A stretch of DNA of 64,000 nt from an uncultured Methanosarcinaceae archaeon (GTDB taxonomy: Archaea; Halobacteriota; Methanosarcinia; Methanosarcinales; Methanosarcinaceae): assembly GCA_963727895.1 (NCBI GenBank), contig CAVSHT010000011.1, positions 192,001-256,000 of the forward strand, read 5' to 3'. The position numbers and the translations under genes were made by a program. Below the pieces are notes generated by a model. That model was not told the DNA's origin. It did no database searches and saw only the letters and a list, made by a program, of their open reading frames with translations. Positions 1 through 14,324 of the stretch are shown piece by piece. Within the stretch, counting starts at the first letter, position 1, and each line of letters begins with the position of its first letter.

Positions 1-2
1 GA

Positions 3-806
3 GAACATGGAGAATATCTTGAAAAGCTTTCTGAGATTTTAGGGCTTCCCATGGAAAAAACGTTACCGCTTCAAAATTCTATTGTTCAGAATTCGATTTT
101 TATAGAAAAGCGCTCTGAAACAGGTAAAATTCAGGTTATACGCAAGCTTTCAGGCGTCTTTCCCGGAGAAAATATTCTTGTAAATGGAATCGTGATTGGA
201 AAAGCCCTTTCTTCCAAAGTAAGAATAGTTTCCGAAAACGGTTTTATTGTCGCAATCGAAGGTGGAGAAATAAAAGAGCATGGACTCGAAAAACTTCACA
301 ATTATGAAAAAAGAGATCAAGTAGACCTTGCAAAAGCCTGGGTGAAAAGTGGAGACATTAGGAGAAGCAATTTCTTACCCCTGAAAGCCCGAAAACCTAA
401 CGTGCATGGTAGAAATGCGGGTTTTTCTTTCAAACCAGTTGGAAGAAGAATTGTACTTATAGACCATGTTGCAGAAGATACCTTTGAACTGGCAGCAGGT
501 GCTGAACTTGCAGTTACAGTGGAAGATGATACAACATCTATAGCAGGCGACATTCTCTCCAGACTCGGGATTCCTATAATTGGAATTACGGGCGGAGATT
601 GCGATGGGATATCTTGCAGGACTGAAGTCTTTCCGGGTTCTGTCGTGCTCAGACTGGCGTCTGGAAATGACGATATTCTGGGTAAAAAACTAAAACAGGA
701 ATTTTTCAGGGGAAAAAATTCTGCGGTTTTAGGGGACATAAGCGCTTTTAAAGAAAATGTGCTGAAACTTGCAGAGCCCTTGATTGAAGCTGTTTTTGAA
801 TACTGA
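3..806 (+). CDS. DUF2117-like methanogen protein, 5'-truncated by the window edge
   Basis: Frame is open from the window start; motifs PGENILVNGIVIG, IDHVAE, VTVEDDTTSIAGDILSRLGIPIIGITGGD. Confidence 0.65.
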   Translation, partial: EHGEYLEKLSEILGLPMEKTLPLQNSIVQNSIFIEKRSETGKIQVIRKLSGVFPGENILVNGIVIGKALSSKVRIVSENGFIVAIEGGEIKEHGLEKLHNYEKRDQVDLAKAWVKSGDIRRSNFLPLKARKPNVHGRNAGFSFKPVGRRIVLIDHVAEDTFELAAGAELAVTVEDDTTSIAGDILSRLGIPIIGITGGDCDGISCRTEVFPGSVVLRLASGNDDILGKKLKQEFFRGKNSAVLGDISAFKENVLKLAEPLIEAVFEY

Positions 807-1025
807 TATTAAAGTAGCATACGGTTCAAAATCCTAATTTCTGACCTTTACAACGTCATTTGCAACGTCATTCGTCATACTATGTCGTTTTTGTCACAAG
901 AGATTAAGCAGAAAATTTTGGCATTAACCCGTTGAAGAAGCAAAAAAGTTGGGAGTAAAGCATAGAAGTATATTATGAGAATTAAAAGAGATATAACAAA
1001 AGATGTGTAACTTGATTTTCTTGAT

Positions 1026-1251
1026 TTATATTCCCTTATTCCCTTTCTTAAATAAGAAAATATAAAGAATAGGTAAAATACCAGCTGTATTCAAGATTAG
1101 TAGAGCGATAAACCAGTATTTCTGAGATTCTCGTGCTGACTTCCATAGAGCTGCTATACCTTTCCAGAAAAAGCTCCCACAGCATTAGAATTAAAATCAG
1201 AGCTGAAAATTGTGGATTTGTTTGAAGCAATGAGAAAGAAGTGTTTATCAT
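1026..1251 (-). pseudogene. Small membrane protein (DUF5652-like), frameshifted
   Basis: Removing one base from the run at 1168-1172 gives ...LWELFWKGIAALWKSARESQKYWFIALLILNTAGILPILYIFLFKKGNKGI*. Confidence 0.65.
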
Positions 1252-1285
1252 ATCTCTCTTTGGAATAAATGTTATTTAAATTTAA

Positions 1286-2025
1286 GGCTTTGATAATTAA
1301 CTATAGTTATATACTATTAGAAAGTATATTTCTTCATTAACTGCCCCAGATGCAATAGTTCTAATCACAAAAAGAATGGTATAGTTGGCGGGCGTCAACG
1401 GTACAAATGCTCTGATTGTGGCTATAACTATACGGTAGAGCTAAAATCAACTGCTTTTTCCACTTATGTCAAAAGACAGGCTTTACAACTCTATCTTGAA
1501 GGATTGGGCTTTCGCTCAATAGGAAGAGTTTTAGGGGTAAGTCATGTTTCTGTCCAAAAATGGATCAAGAAATTTGGTCAAGAGTTAGAGAACCTAAAAA
1601 GTGAAAGTGAGATATCTATTGTTGAAATGGATGAGATGCACACTTACATCGGTAACAAAAAAAATATTGCTGGATCTGGATTGCTGTTGATAGAGTTGGG
1701 AAAAAGTTCATCAACTGCTCTTTTGGCAGCAGAGGAACAGAAACTGGAAAACTACTCTGGGAAAAAGTGAAGAAAAAAGACATTGGAGAAGTAATGACAG
1801 ATCACTGGAGGGAATATGCAGAGTTTCTTCCAGAAAAGAGTCATACTCAATCCAAAGCAGAAACATTTACAGTTGAGGGATATAACAGCATATTGAGGCA
1901 CTTTTTAGCAAGGTTGAGAAGAAAGACAAAGTGTTATACGAAGAGTCTTGAAATGCTAAAGTACTCGGTTATTCTATTGATGAAATACAGAAATAAAGAG
2001 TTAACTATGTTTAGATAACAATGCC
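1286..2025 (+). mobile_element. IS1-family element, copy 1 (740 bp)
   Basis: Imperfect terminal IRs GGCTTTGATA.../...TAACAATGCC; perfect 8-bp TSD AAATTTAA (1278-1285, 2026-2033); insA Zn-ribbon/HTH and insB DDE joined by an A8 slip site (1657-1664); start codon is ATT (1336). Confidence 0.95.
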
Positions 2026-2411
2026 AAATTTAAATAATTTTGCACTTACTGACATTACAACAAAGCAAGACATAAGAATTTTGAGTACTAAGTGGAATCT
2101 TCTAAATTTAAAGTCTTCAAGAATACCAGTCCCGTTGTCCGAGAATATTTAAACAAAATCTGTAATGTTCTTCAATCTCTTTCCGGATACTTATATTGGA
2201 TCCATAAATATCTACACACTTTTCATAAGATGAGGATTGAAACGCTAGATTGAAACGCCATCGAGTATACATTTATATATATTGTCACTTTTATTCTTTC
2301 AGGTATATTTAAGGAAATCACATTATGTACATTATTTTCTAGATTGAGTAATAGTATAAAACAAAAAATGATATAAATAGATAAGAGAGTAAAAATTAGT
2401 AGGAGAAATAA

Positions 2412-3050
2412 GTGATAACCGAAAATCTCGGATTTTTAATCCACTTTTTCACAATTATCTTCGTTGTTGTCAACCCTCTTAGCGGAGTAGTTACTTTCAT
2501 CTCTTTGACCAGCAAGATGAGAAATGAAGAAAAAAACGAAATCGCAAAAAAGTCAGTTATACTTGCATGTGTAATTGCCCTATTTTTTGCAATTGCAGGA
2601 AATATTATACTTAACCTGTTCAACATTAGCGTAGATTCGTTGCGGGTTGCAGGAGGAATTCTGCTTTTCAGCATTGCTTTTGATATGATGCATGCTAAAA
2701 TCTCAAAGGGAAGGATTACTGAAGAAGAGATTTCTCATTCTCAGGAACGAGAAGACATCTGGATCTTCCCGATAAGCCTTCCTCTTCTGACAGGTCCCGG
2801 TACGATCAGTACAGTTATTGTTTTGATGGGAGGAACAGCATCAATTGTTCAAAAAATGATAATTCTCATATCAATCATATTGACGTTCATTATCTGCTAT
2901 TATATCTTCCACTTCTCAAGAGGGATTCACAAGATGATAGGATATAATGGGATGCTGGTTTTTACAAGGCTGATGGGGCTTTTGCTTGCTGCTCTTGCAG
3001 TGGATTTAACTTTTAAAGGTATAATAAATATATACCAGTTAGCAATGTGA
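2412..3050 (+). CDS. MarC family membrane protein
   Basis: Six TM segments; VVNPL, SLRVAGGILLF, FPISLPLLTGPGTI, TRLMGLLLAALAV. Confidence 0.9.
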   Translation: MITENLGFLIHFFTIIFVVVNPLSGVVTFISLTSKMRNEEKNEIAKKSVILACVIALFFAIAGNIILNLFNISVDSLRVAGGILLFSIAFDMMHAKISKGRITEEEISHSQEREDIWIFPISLPLLTGPGTISTVIVLMGGTASIVQKMIILISIILTFIICYYIFHFSRGIHKMIGYNGMLVFTRLMGLLLAALAVDLTFKGIINIYQLAM

Positions 3051-3067
3051 GACAGTACATTTTAAAA

Positions 3068-3181
3068 GCTGTCTCAAAACCCAACCTATTTTCTAAATCT
3101 CTTAATGCTCTATAATTACTCGTTTATAGAAAATTTTGTATAAATGGACTTATCTCTGTAAATTTTCTTTTTTTGGATACT
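3068..3181. mobile_element. Putative MITE (TCYCAAAA...TTTTGRGA-type ends)
   Basis: Non-coding; imperfect terminal IR GCTGTCTCAAAA / TTTTGGATAC; shares CAAAAC...TTTTCTRAATC with the elements at 6445 and 54492. Confidence 0.4.
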
Positions 3182-3252
3182 AAATAGTAAAATTTATTTC
3201 GCTAGCTCTTAGTATCAAAAAATAGTATTAAAGAATAATAATTCAACAACTG

Positions 3253-4264
3253 ATGATGAATATGGTAAATTTGAATGTGAAATATCAATTTGTCCCTGCG
3301 TATACTTTTGGTAAGCCAAATCAATCAGTAGTGCTTGCAGAACAAGAAGCATCTATTAAAGACATCAATGAATATGTAATAGACGGAAATGCAAAAGTTT
3401 GTCTTGATCTGTTACCAAATCCTAGTATTAATGTATATTTTTCCGGCAAAAAACTCGACACTACTAAAGTATCACTAAGAAAGTTACATGGAGAATATAT
3501 AGATCAAAAACAATTTGAATTTACATTTAAAAAATATATAAATTGGTCTGAAGGATATATACTACAAGCCAACTTTTTAAATATTAATGGACCTTCACTA
3601 GTTTTTTTCCCGCGTTTTGATCCAATGATTGTAGTTGGAGACGATGACACACAGATACAATATGTTGTTTTCCATTTATTCAATTTCGTGAATTTTCTTG
3701 GAACAAGTACAAGTATAGAGGAATTTGTAACCTCTCATTCCTATGGAGGTTACCTAATTCAGCATGTCCATTTCAAAACAGATGATTGGGCTGTAGAGCT
3801 ACGATCTTTATCAGAATCAAAAACTAATTTTAAAATATTGGATGAAAGGGCGGATATGGGATTACACACATAGGGAAATTTGAAAACGTGGACAATACTA
3901 AATTTTCAGATAAGGAAGCTAAAGATCAGCTAAATGCTCTACACTCATTTTTCTCTTTTGTGAAGGGATTTTCTTGTAGACCCATTTGTGCTGTAGGCTA
4001 TGATTCTTCAGGGAATCCTATATGGGAAGGGTGGTCTGCACCAACTGAGTCTACTTTTTCATCATCATTTTCTTCAATTTCGTGGTTTGATAGAATGCAT
4101 TCTGATCAAATGGAAAAACTGTTCTTGGGTTTTATGAAATGCTGGTTTAAGGAAAGATGGAATGATACTTTTCAAAAAGTAATTTATTGGTATTATAATG
4201 CTAATACCTCTAAAAAAGATGCAGGAATTATACTTGCTCAAACTGCTCTTGAAAGATTATTTTA
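3253..4264 (+). pseudogene. Uncharacterised accessory protein (resembles YopA-central/ApeA-associated proteins), frameshifted and truncated by an IS
   Basis: ORFs 3253-3873 and 3888-4265 join by a 1-nt shift near 3845 (...GGYGITHIGKFENVDN...); the frame ends exactly at the IS IR at 4265. Confidence 0.5.
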
Positions 4265-5617
4265 GAGTCTTTTTAATTTTTTCTGGTTTTTCTGCGATTC
4301 TATAATAACAATGGAATTCTATCCAAATTCATTAAACTCATTTCCTCATTTTGGAAAAGTTGATCCACTTATTTTTAACTTTTTTATACATATTTCTGAT
4401 TTTTTTCAAAATCATTCGATAGCTACCGCTGTAAAGTTGCATGTTTATAGTGGAAGTTTCCATTCACCCTTTATTATCCATACTGGAATCTCGCCCTCAT
4501 CAAGGGCGAAAATCCTGCCCATTTTCCAGTGCGGAAACACCTTTTGTTGAAATAAGCAAACAAATTGTAGCAAAAATTAGTTAGACCACTATCAGTTTTG
4601 AATGATCTTGTCTTGTCTACGATGTCTCCTATCAAAGAAAATATCTGTTCCATTGTATTATCCGTCTCAGGTGTAAATCCTTTTTTCAAAAAGTTTATGT
4701 TCTTCATGAAAATTTCTTTTGCATAAGAAATCGCTTTTTGAGATGCTTTTGAAAGTTCAAGATTAGATGCCAGGTTTAGGATATTTTGAAAACACACGAC
4801 AGAATTAATGACCGTATCAGACTGTATTAATTGACAGATTTCATTGTACACAAGTTTATCATTGTCTGGAATACTTTTTACAGATCCAAAATCATCACTA
4901 TACGTAAACGGATTGATATCGCATCTTTTTCCATTCTTTTAATGTAATCTCTCGTCCTATCAGAGTCTCAAACTTCTTTTTCCATCCTTTCTTGACCCGA
5001 TCTCCATCAATATACAAAGTTCCATCAAAATCAGGATTTTGGTCTAAAAGTTCTTGCTTAGAAAATGCAGATTGTTTTTGCTCATGCAACCATAATGAAG
5101 AGGCACAAGGAGCTCTGCCGCATATATCAGTCAAACCTTCTGTATATGTTTCGCCTACCCTACAGGAATTGTGAAGACTGCATCTGCTATCGTATCTGAC
5201 AAGCATTTGTTCGTCATAGAACTCATCACTGTAATTTGCGGATCCAGAAACACCAACGATCTGATCATGAAAATGCTTTTTACAAGTAGGACAAATCCAG
5301 TATGTAGTATTGCAAGTTATGGTGCCATAACTTGTGAGAATTGAACGAGTATAGTGAGAGTTCACATTTAATTTAGCGCCACAAAAATCACAATGAGTAG
5401 GAGATATTAAAGAGAACAGAGAATGAAAGCGATTTTCAACTAGCAATTTCGGCAAAGGAATTAATACATTGCCTTCAAATATCGTTTTTATCATTGAATT
5501 CTCGATTGATTTATTTCCTCTTCCCATTAAAACGAATTTATCTCAATGAAATTAAAATTTTATTGTTTTGCACGATTGAGAAAAAAAGAGGTAGACCAGA
5601 AAATAATAAAAAGTCTC
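4265..5617 (-). mobile_element. ISNCY-like insertion sequence, internally deleted (Zn-finger/DDE transposase fragments 4474-4851 and 4898-5527)
   Basis: 23-bp IRs GAGWCTTTTTAWTWTTTTCTGGT at 4265-4287 and 5595-5617 (3 mismatches); CxxC...CxxC motifs, LYIDG, C-terminal GKWAGFSPL; no TSD. Confidence 0.75.
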
Positions 5618-6017
5618 AGAATTTAACAGAGAAAAAGCAGAAGCTCAGCCAAAACAAAAAGACATCTCCATCAACTGTTTCTCCTGCGGACTAGCTATCT
5701 AATTCCTATCAGACACAACCTGCAAAGCCTCTGGGTCTGTACCCGCTGCCTTCCTAAACTGATTCACGGTTAACCCTTCTTTCAACTCTTTTTTGCTCAA
5801 TAAATCTGCTTGAGCACAAATGTCAGTCACAACTATTGCACTTGATGACCATATCGTATCTACCTGTCTTGAGGGCAAGCTTATTAAAAGCGGCTTTTTA
5901 ACAGATTTGCAGGGTTCTGCAAAATTTGTGGGATTCTGTAAGGTCTTAGGAATAGATAAATAATATGCAGTATATTAATATTAAATATTAAATATACTGT
6001 AATTGGGGGTTAATTAA

Positions 6018-6380
6018 ATGAGAGGGCATCAAGAACTTGAGCACAAAGAGTTACTTGAAAGTATGAGTGAGAAGCTGGGTTTTACCCCGCATATTCTTGA
6101 AATTCTTGGAGACCTTGACGAGGAATCTCTTAAAAAATACAACAGGTGTAATAACAAATTACTGTCAGATGGCGCTCTGCCTGCAAAAGTGAAAATCCTG
6201 ATAGCACTTGCTGTAGTTGCATCCAAGCAATGTGAAAGATGTACAGTTGTACAGATGCAGAGTGCACTTAAAAATGGTGCCACCAAAGAAGAAATAATGG
6301 AAGTTATGGATGTCATATTCATAACATCAGGAGCACCTGCAGTCGCAGCTTGTAGGGATGCATTAAAGCTGTTAAAGTAA
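6018..6380 (+). CDS. Carboxymuconolactone decarboxylase/AhpD-family protein
   Basis: [19 protein letters not shown] motif, [11 protein letters not shown]. Confidence 0.9.
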   Translation: MRGHQELEHKELLESMSEKLGFTPHILEILGDLDEESLKKYNRCNNKLLSDGALPAKVKILIALAVVASKQCERCTVVQMQSALKNGATKEEIMEVMDVIFITSGAPAVAACRDALKLLK

Positions 6381-6444
6381 AATTTTACTTAATTTATTTT
6401 TTAAAAATTGAAAAAGGGAACCCTCATCGACTTTGGTTTATATT

Positions 6445-6576
6445 GAGCTTCTCCAAAACTCAAAATTAGTTTTCTGAATCTCGAATTTTGAACAATCAAT
6501 CGAGTTTCTTTTTATAAAATAGACTTTTTGAAACTTTTGTTGATTTAAGAAGAAATAAAGTTTTTAGGATGAGCTC
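6445..6576. mobile_element. Putative MITE, 132 bp
   Basis: Terminal IR GAGCTTCTCCAAAACT / AGTTTTTAGGATGAGCTC; AT-rich non-coding interior. Confidence 0.55.
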
Positions 6577-6821
6577 TCTACAAAAAGCAATATCATTATG
6601 AATTCATCACTCTATCTTAATAGAGTATATTCTATCGTGAGAATGAGTAATGTTACAGAAACAGTTACAGAAACGCTGGCGGAAAGAGCGTCTTAGTTGA
6701 CGACCGCCGGCAGATTCCTCAGCAATTGCTGAGTAGTTAGAAAATATTATGAAACAATGAATGAAAAGAGGGTTTCAAGACCGGGTACAGAGAATTTCTG
6801 TAGCCTGTCTCTTTTCTCGTT

Positions 6822-8436
<1,615 letters not shown>

Positions 8437-8786
8437 TTATAATTCTCCTGTAATACTTGATGAGTTTCATCGTATTCAAATATTTACTATATATTAACAT
8501 AAGAGACGGGTCCCAATATTGATTTACTAGCTTGTACATATTCTATTTTATCAATATTGTCAGTTTTCCCTTTCCGGGCTCCTTCTCGAACCGCAACTCT
8601 ATAAATTTCCAGTGGTCTGGACTGCTTTCCCCAATATAGGCATATCTTGTTTTAAAGCTTTCCGATTGGCCATATCCCCGAACCGATAGGGATTCTCTTC
8701 CCTTCCAGATCAGTCGGGTACTTTTTTGTCCTGCCTGAGGAGACAGGTATAACCTTAAAAATATTAAGGGTAAGCGAAAAATTCGC

Positions 8787-10980
8787 TTACATTGAAAGGA
8801 AGTCTGCAGCTTTGGGCAGTTCCTTCTTCAGACCCTTCCTTTCTCTGATCTTACCCACAATCTCGTTCTGGATGCTGGTAGGCACAACGTCAAAGCCGCC
8901 GAATTCAGTGCTCCACATAGCACGTCCTTCGGTTGCAGACCTGATCTCGCCTGCAAATCCAAACATCTCAGCTACAGGCACTCTTGCCTCAATAATTGCC
9001 AGGTCTCCTTCCGTGGTCATGTTAAGAATAACTCCACGGCGACCCTGCAGTTCCTTTGTTGCACCACCCATTAAAAGCTGGGGCACCTGGATAAAGACCT
9101 TCTGATAAGGCTCAAGCAGGGTGTCATCTGCCATAAGCATACCTGCCTGAATGGCCTGCCTTGAAGCAGGAATAACCTGTGCCGGACCTCTGTGGATTGC
9201 GTCTTCGTGAAGCTTGGCATCTACGAGCACACATTTCACATTTGCTACAGGTTCCCTAGTAAGTGGGCCTGCACGCATGACTTCCTCAAACCCATCAAGT
9301 ATGAGTTCCATTGTCTCATTCAGGTACTGGATACCTTTGGTCATATCGATGAAAATATTGGAATTAAAGATGCCGACAATACCTTTTGCTTCTTCTTTCT
9401 CCATGCCAAGATCAATCAGCTTCTGCCTGCGCTCAAGTTCAGGCAGGTTCATGTTGATATCACCGGATTTGATAGCACTGACGATCTCAAGGTCAAGGGG
9501 TTCCACATGGATATAGAACCTGTTGTGCCTGTTTGGAGACTTTCCTTCAACAGCTTCAATCTTCTTCTTAATGGTTTCCCTGTAAACGACAATTGGCTTG
9601 CTTGTGGTGATTTCCACATTCTTGTCCCTTTCAATCCTGTGGGCAATAACCTCAAGGTGAAGTTCTCCCATACCTGCCATAAGGTGTTCCCCGGTTTCCT
9701 CATCAAGAGTTATCTGAAGAGTTGGGTCTTCCTTTGCAACCTGTCTGAGTACCTCAATTAGTTTGGGCAAGTCTTTGGTGTGTTTTGCTTCAACAGCTAC
9801 AGTCACCACAGGTTCACTCACGTGCCTTATGCTTTCAAAAGGAGCCATGCCATCAAGAGTAGTCACAGTAGATCCGACGATTGCATCTTTCAGGCCGGTA
9901 ACTGCAGCAATGTTTCCTGCAGGAATCTTGTCCACTTCAAGCCTTTCAGGCCCCATGAAGATACTAACCTGCTGGACTCTGCTCTTCTTTGCAGTTCCTG
10001 AAGTAAAGACCTCCATACCACGGGTAAAAGAACCACTAAACAGCCTTCCTGTTGCAACTTCTCCTGCGTGGGGGTCAATTGAAATGTCAGTTACCATGAA
10101 TGCAAGATCTCCGTCTGCATTTGCATGGATCATTGAAGTTCCGATATCAGAGTCCTCATCCCCATGCCAGATGACCTTTACTCTATCCTTCTGAGCTTCA
10201 AGAGGATTTGGCAAGAAGTTAATGACCATATCAAGAACAGCTTCGTGCAGAGGACATTTTTGTGCCAGAGACTTCATATCTCCAACTTTACAGAACTCAT
10301 ATACGTCGTTAAAAGAGACCCCGGTTTTCTTCATCATGGGTACACTGATTGCCCAGTTGTAAAGAGCGGACCCAAAAGCAACAGTTCCGGCTGCAGCATC
10401 GACTCTCCAGCCTGCCTTGTATTTTTCAGGGTTCATATTCTTGATGAGCTTGTTCACGTGATCAATAACTTTTCCAAGACGAACCTGCATTTCCTGGGAA
10501 TCAACTTGTAACTCATTGATCAGCCTGTCAACCTTGTTAACGAAAAGTACAGGTCTAACATGTTCCCTTAAAGCCTGTCTCAGCACGGTTTCAGTCTGAG
10601 GCATAGTACCTTCGACTGCATCCACAACAACAACTGCACCGTCCACGGCTCTCATAGCACGAGTAACGTCCCCACCGAAGTCAACGTGTCCAGGAGTATC
10701 GATCAAGTTAATCAGGTAGTCTTCATTATCGTAATTGTGAACCATGGAAACGTTCGAGGCGTCAATTGTGATACCTCTTGCCTGTTCCTCTTCGTCGGAA
10801 TCCATGAATAATTGTCTGCCCGCAAGTTCCTTGGAAATCATGCCGGCGCCAGCTAACAGGTTATCCGATAATGTAGTCTTTCCGTGGTCAATGTGCGCAA
10901 CGATTCCAATGTTTCTGATCTTTGTTGGTTCATTCATGAGCGTCGTTACGCGCTCGACCATCTTTCTTCCTTCGTCCCAT
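8787..10980 (-). CDS. fusA: Translation elongation factor EF-2; 1-nt frameshift after codon 6, in-frame ATG at 10961
   Basis: [18 protein letters not shown], diphthamide loop [14 protein letters not shown] start at 10980 is one base out of frame. Confidence 0.98.
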
Positions 10981-11049
10981 AATAATACCTTGTAAATAAA
11001 TATGTCCAGATTATATTGACTTTTTAATCGGGGAAACCCGCATAAGTAA

Positions 11050-12055
<1,006 letters not shown>

Positions 12056-12142
12056 TTAAAAATTGATCTCAGTTTTTAGAGGCATACCGGATGCCAGAGT
12101 ATTCTTCAACGCCGGATTAGTAGATCAATGTAATAAGATAAA

Positions 12143-12568
12143 TTACTGCAGGATCACATCTTCGAAATCATGATGACGACGGGCAAGTATCTTTACCTTT
12201 TCAATATTCTTCCCGTTACGGCCTATGGCAAGACCCTTCTCTTTATTGGGTACCTCTACATAAGCTAATCGCTTGCCATTTTTACTTATAATGTTTACCG
12301 AGCTCACGGACACTGGTCCGAAGGCATTCTTCAGGAAGGTTACAGGGTCATCTGAATATTCCACAAGTTCTATAGGTTTGTCCAGAACCTTTTTAACACG
12401 GTTTATGTTCTCCCCATTTTTGCCTATGGCAAGTCCCATATCACCATGTTTTACGACATATACAAGCCTTTCCTCTTCAGCGATACAGTCTAGAATTTTG
12501 GCCCGTGTCATATTTTCAAATAACGCAATATGCTGGATACTTTCTGCAGTAAGTCTTATTTCACCCAA
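12143..12568 (-). CDS. nusA: Archaeal NusA (two KH domains)
   Basis: Two GLAIG[KR]NG KH motifs; canonical position between rpl30e and rps12. Confidence 0.96.
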   Translation of the reverse strand: MGEIRLTAESIQHIALFENMTRAKILDCIAEEERLVYVVKHGDMGLAIGKNGENINRVKKVLDKPIELVEYSDDPVTFLKNAFGPVSVSSVNIISKNGKRLAYVEVPNKEKGLAIGRNGKNIEKVKILARRHHDFEDVILQ

Positions 12569-12588
12569 GACGTTGCCAACTCCTTCTA

Positions 12589-12885
12589 TTAAACTGTAGC
12601 TGCCAGAATATCAGATTCTCCTACATCGAGAATTGCCATGGCTGCAATCGTAAAAGGCTTACCGCATATAGGTCCAAGTTCTACACTTGTGCCTTCATAT
12701 TCCAGAACAGGTACATTTGTTGCCTGAACTTTATTTTTGATATCTTCTGGGCAGTTTGATGCCAGTACCACCATTTTTGCAGTGCCTTCTGTAGCTACAT
12801 CAACGGTCCTATTGGCTCCAATGATTACTTTTCCTGTTTTCACAGCCTTGATAAGAGATTTATCAACATTGATCTTCATTTTCAT
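12589..12885 (-). CDS. rpl30e: 50S ribosomal protein L30e
   Basis: [24 protein letters not shown]; exact start uncertain (12879-12888). Confidence 0.96.
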   Translation of the reverse strand: MKMKINVDKSLIKAVKTGKVIIGANRTVDVATEGTAKMVVLASNCPEDIKNKVQATNVPVLEYEGTSVELGPICGKPFTIAAMAILDVGESDILAATV

Positions 12886-13139
12886 CAACTCTGTCTCAAA
12901 TGAGCTCGTTTACTCGATCTCTTTCTTAATAACGATTTTCCAAGCTCGGTGAATATATGGTACTCTAAATACCTGATGCCTTATATTTATTTACTGGTTA
13001 TGAGCTTAGCGGGCTCAAGGTTTTGCAGCAGGACTTTCTGAGTTTCATAAAGGTAATGTATACCTGATTTGGACTGGTCTTCTATCAGGTTACACATTTA
13101 AATAATTATAGGTTAAGGTTCAGGTTTTTACCCTGAAAA

Positions 13140-14324
13140 TCACTCTTCTTCGACTTTAATTTCGTCTCTTTTTTTAGTTATCAGGTGAACGTCTCCAGTA
13201 CCCATGCGAATTGGCTGTCCAACAATAATATTTTCCGTGACCCCCTGAAGATGATCCACATCCCCGCGCATCCCTGCATCCAGAAGGTGATTTACTGTAA
13301 CTTCGAAAGCTGCACGAGCAAATACACTTGCCTTTTCGCCTGAAATCCCATGTCTTCCGATCTGTTTTACTTCTCCATCACAGGTCATGAGATCGGCCAC
13401 AAGCATAATATGACGGATATCAACAGTTAGACCCTGTTCACGCAGGGTATCTGTAGCTTCCTTAATAATTGCATTTCTCGCAGCTTCAACCCCAAGAACT
13501 TCATAAATTTCATTAATATTATTAGTACTTGTCCTTGTTTTGTCTACGCCTTCAAACTGCAGTACTTCACGCAGGGCAGAACCTTCAGTATAAAGAGTAT
13601 ATTCCTCCCCTTCTTTTCGAACCACTACACGCTTGATTCCTTCTATCCCTTTAAGAGTGACATTGTGGATACTTTTCGCAAGCTGCAAAAGCTCCCTGTA
13701 AGAAGGCTCTCCTGGGACAATAACAATTTGATTATCTATATCTGGAGAAATACTAACCAGCACGTTCAGCTCTTCGGTGAACTTTTCCTTTACCTGATCT
13801 ATAGTAATGTTCCGGCCTTCCATTGCTTTTTCATGAAGGTCAATTATTAACTTCATCTGAGAAAGATCAGTGGTCACATCAGCAATGTGGTCGATTTTCG
13901 TTGCTTCAATTTCCCAAGCAAGGGCTCTTGTCTTTTCCCTGTCGTAAGCATAATCTTCAGGATTCTCTTTAGAAAGAGCAATTGTCATCATAGGAGTGCT
14001 CGGAATTTTCCGAGCATCCACAATTTCGATAAGACGAGGCAGACCTAGCGTAACGTTAATCTCAGCCACACCAGCGTAGTGGAAAGTACGCATCGTCATC
14101 TGAGTACCAGGTTCCCCTATAGACTGAGCCGCAACCACACCAGCAGCATCACAGGGCTCGATACATGAGACCTCATATTCTTCCATTGCCTTTTCTATTA
14201 TCTCTTCCATTTCTTTTTTGCTTACTCCGGCTTTGATGACATCTTCCTTGATAGTGTTGATAATATTCGAAGGAAAAGGAAGATCTTTCAGCATGCTATC
14301 AATTGTAGTTTCACTGATACTCAT
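13140..14324 (-). CDS. rpoA2: RNA polymerase subunit A'' (Rpo1C)
   Basis: AQSIGEPGTQMTMRTFH, TLGLPRLIEI, DIRHIMLVAD. Confidence 0.99.
   Translation of the reverse strand: MSISETTIDSMLKDLPFPSNIINTIKEDVIKAGVSKKEMEEIIEKAMEEYEVSCIEPCDAAGVVAAQSIGEPGTQMTMRTFHYAGVAEINVTLGLPRLIEIVDARKIPSTPMMTIALSKENPEDYAYDREKTRALAWEIEATKIDHIADVTTDLSQMKLIIDLHEKAMEGRNITIDQVKEKFTEELNVLVSISPDIDNQIVIVPGEPSYRELLQLAKSIHNVTLKGIEGIKRVVVRKEGEEYTLYTEGSALREVLQFEGVDKTRTSTNNINEIYEVLGVEAARNAIIKEATDTLREQGLTVDIRHIMLVADLMTCDGEVKQIGRHGISGEKASVFARAAFEVTVNHLLDAGMRGDVDHLQGVTENIIVGQPIRMGTGDVHLITKKRDEIKVEEE

Noticed and set aside
5618..5880. Possible gene remnant on the minus strand
   Set aside because: Several stops and no recognisable family
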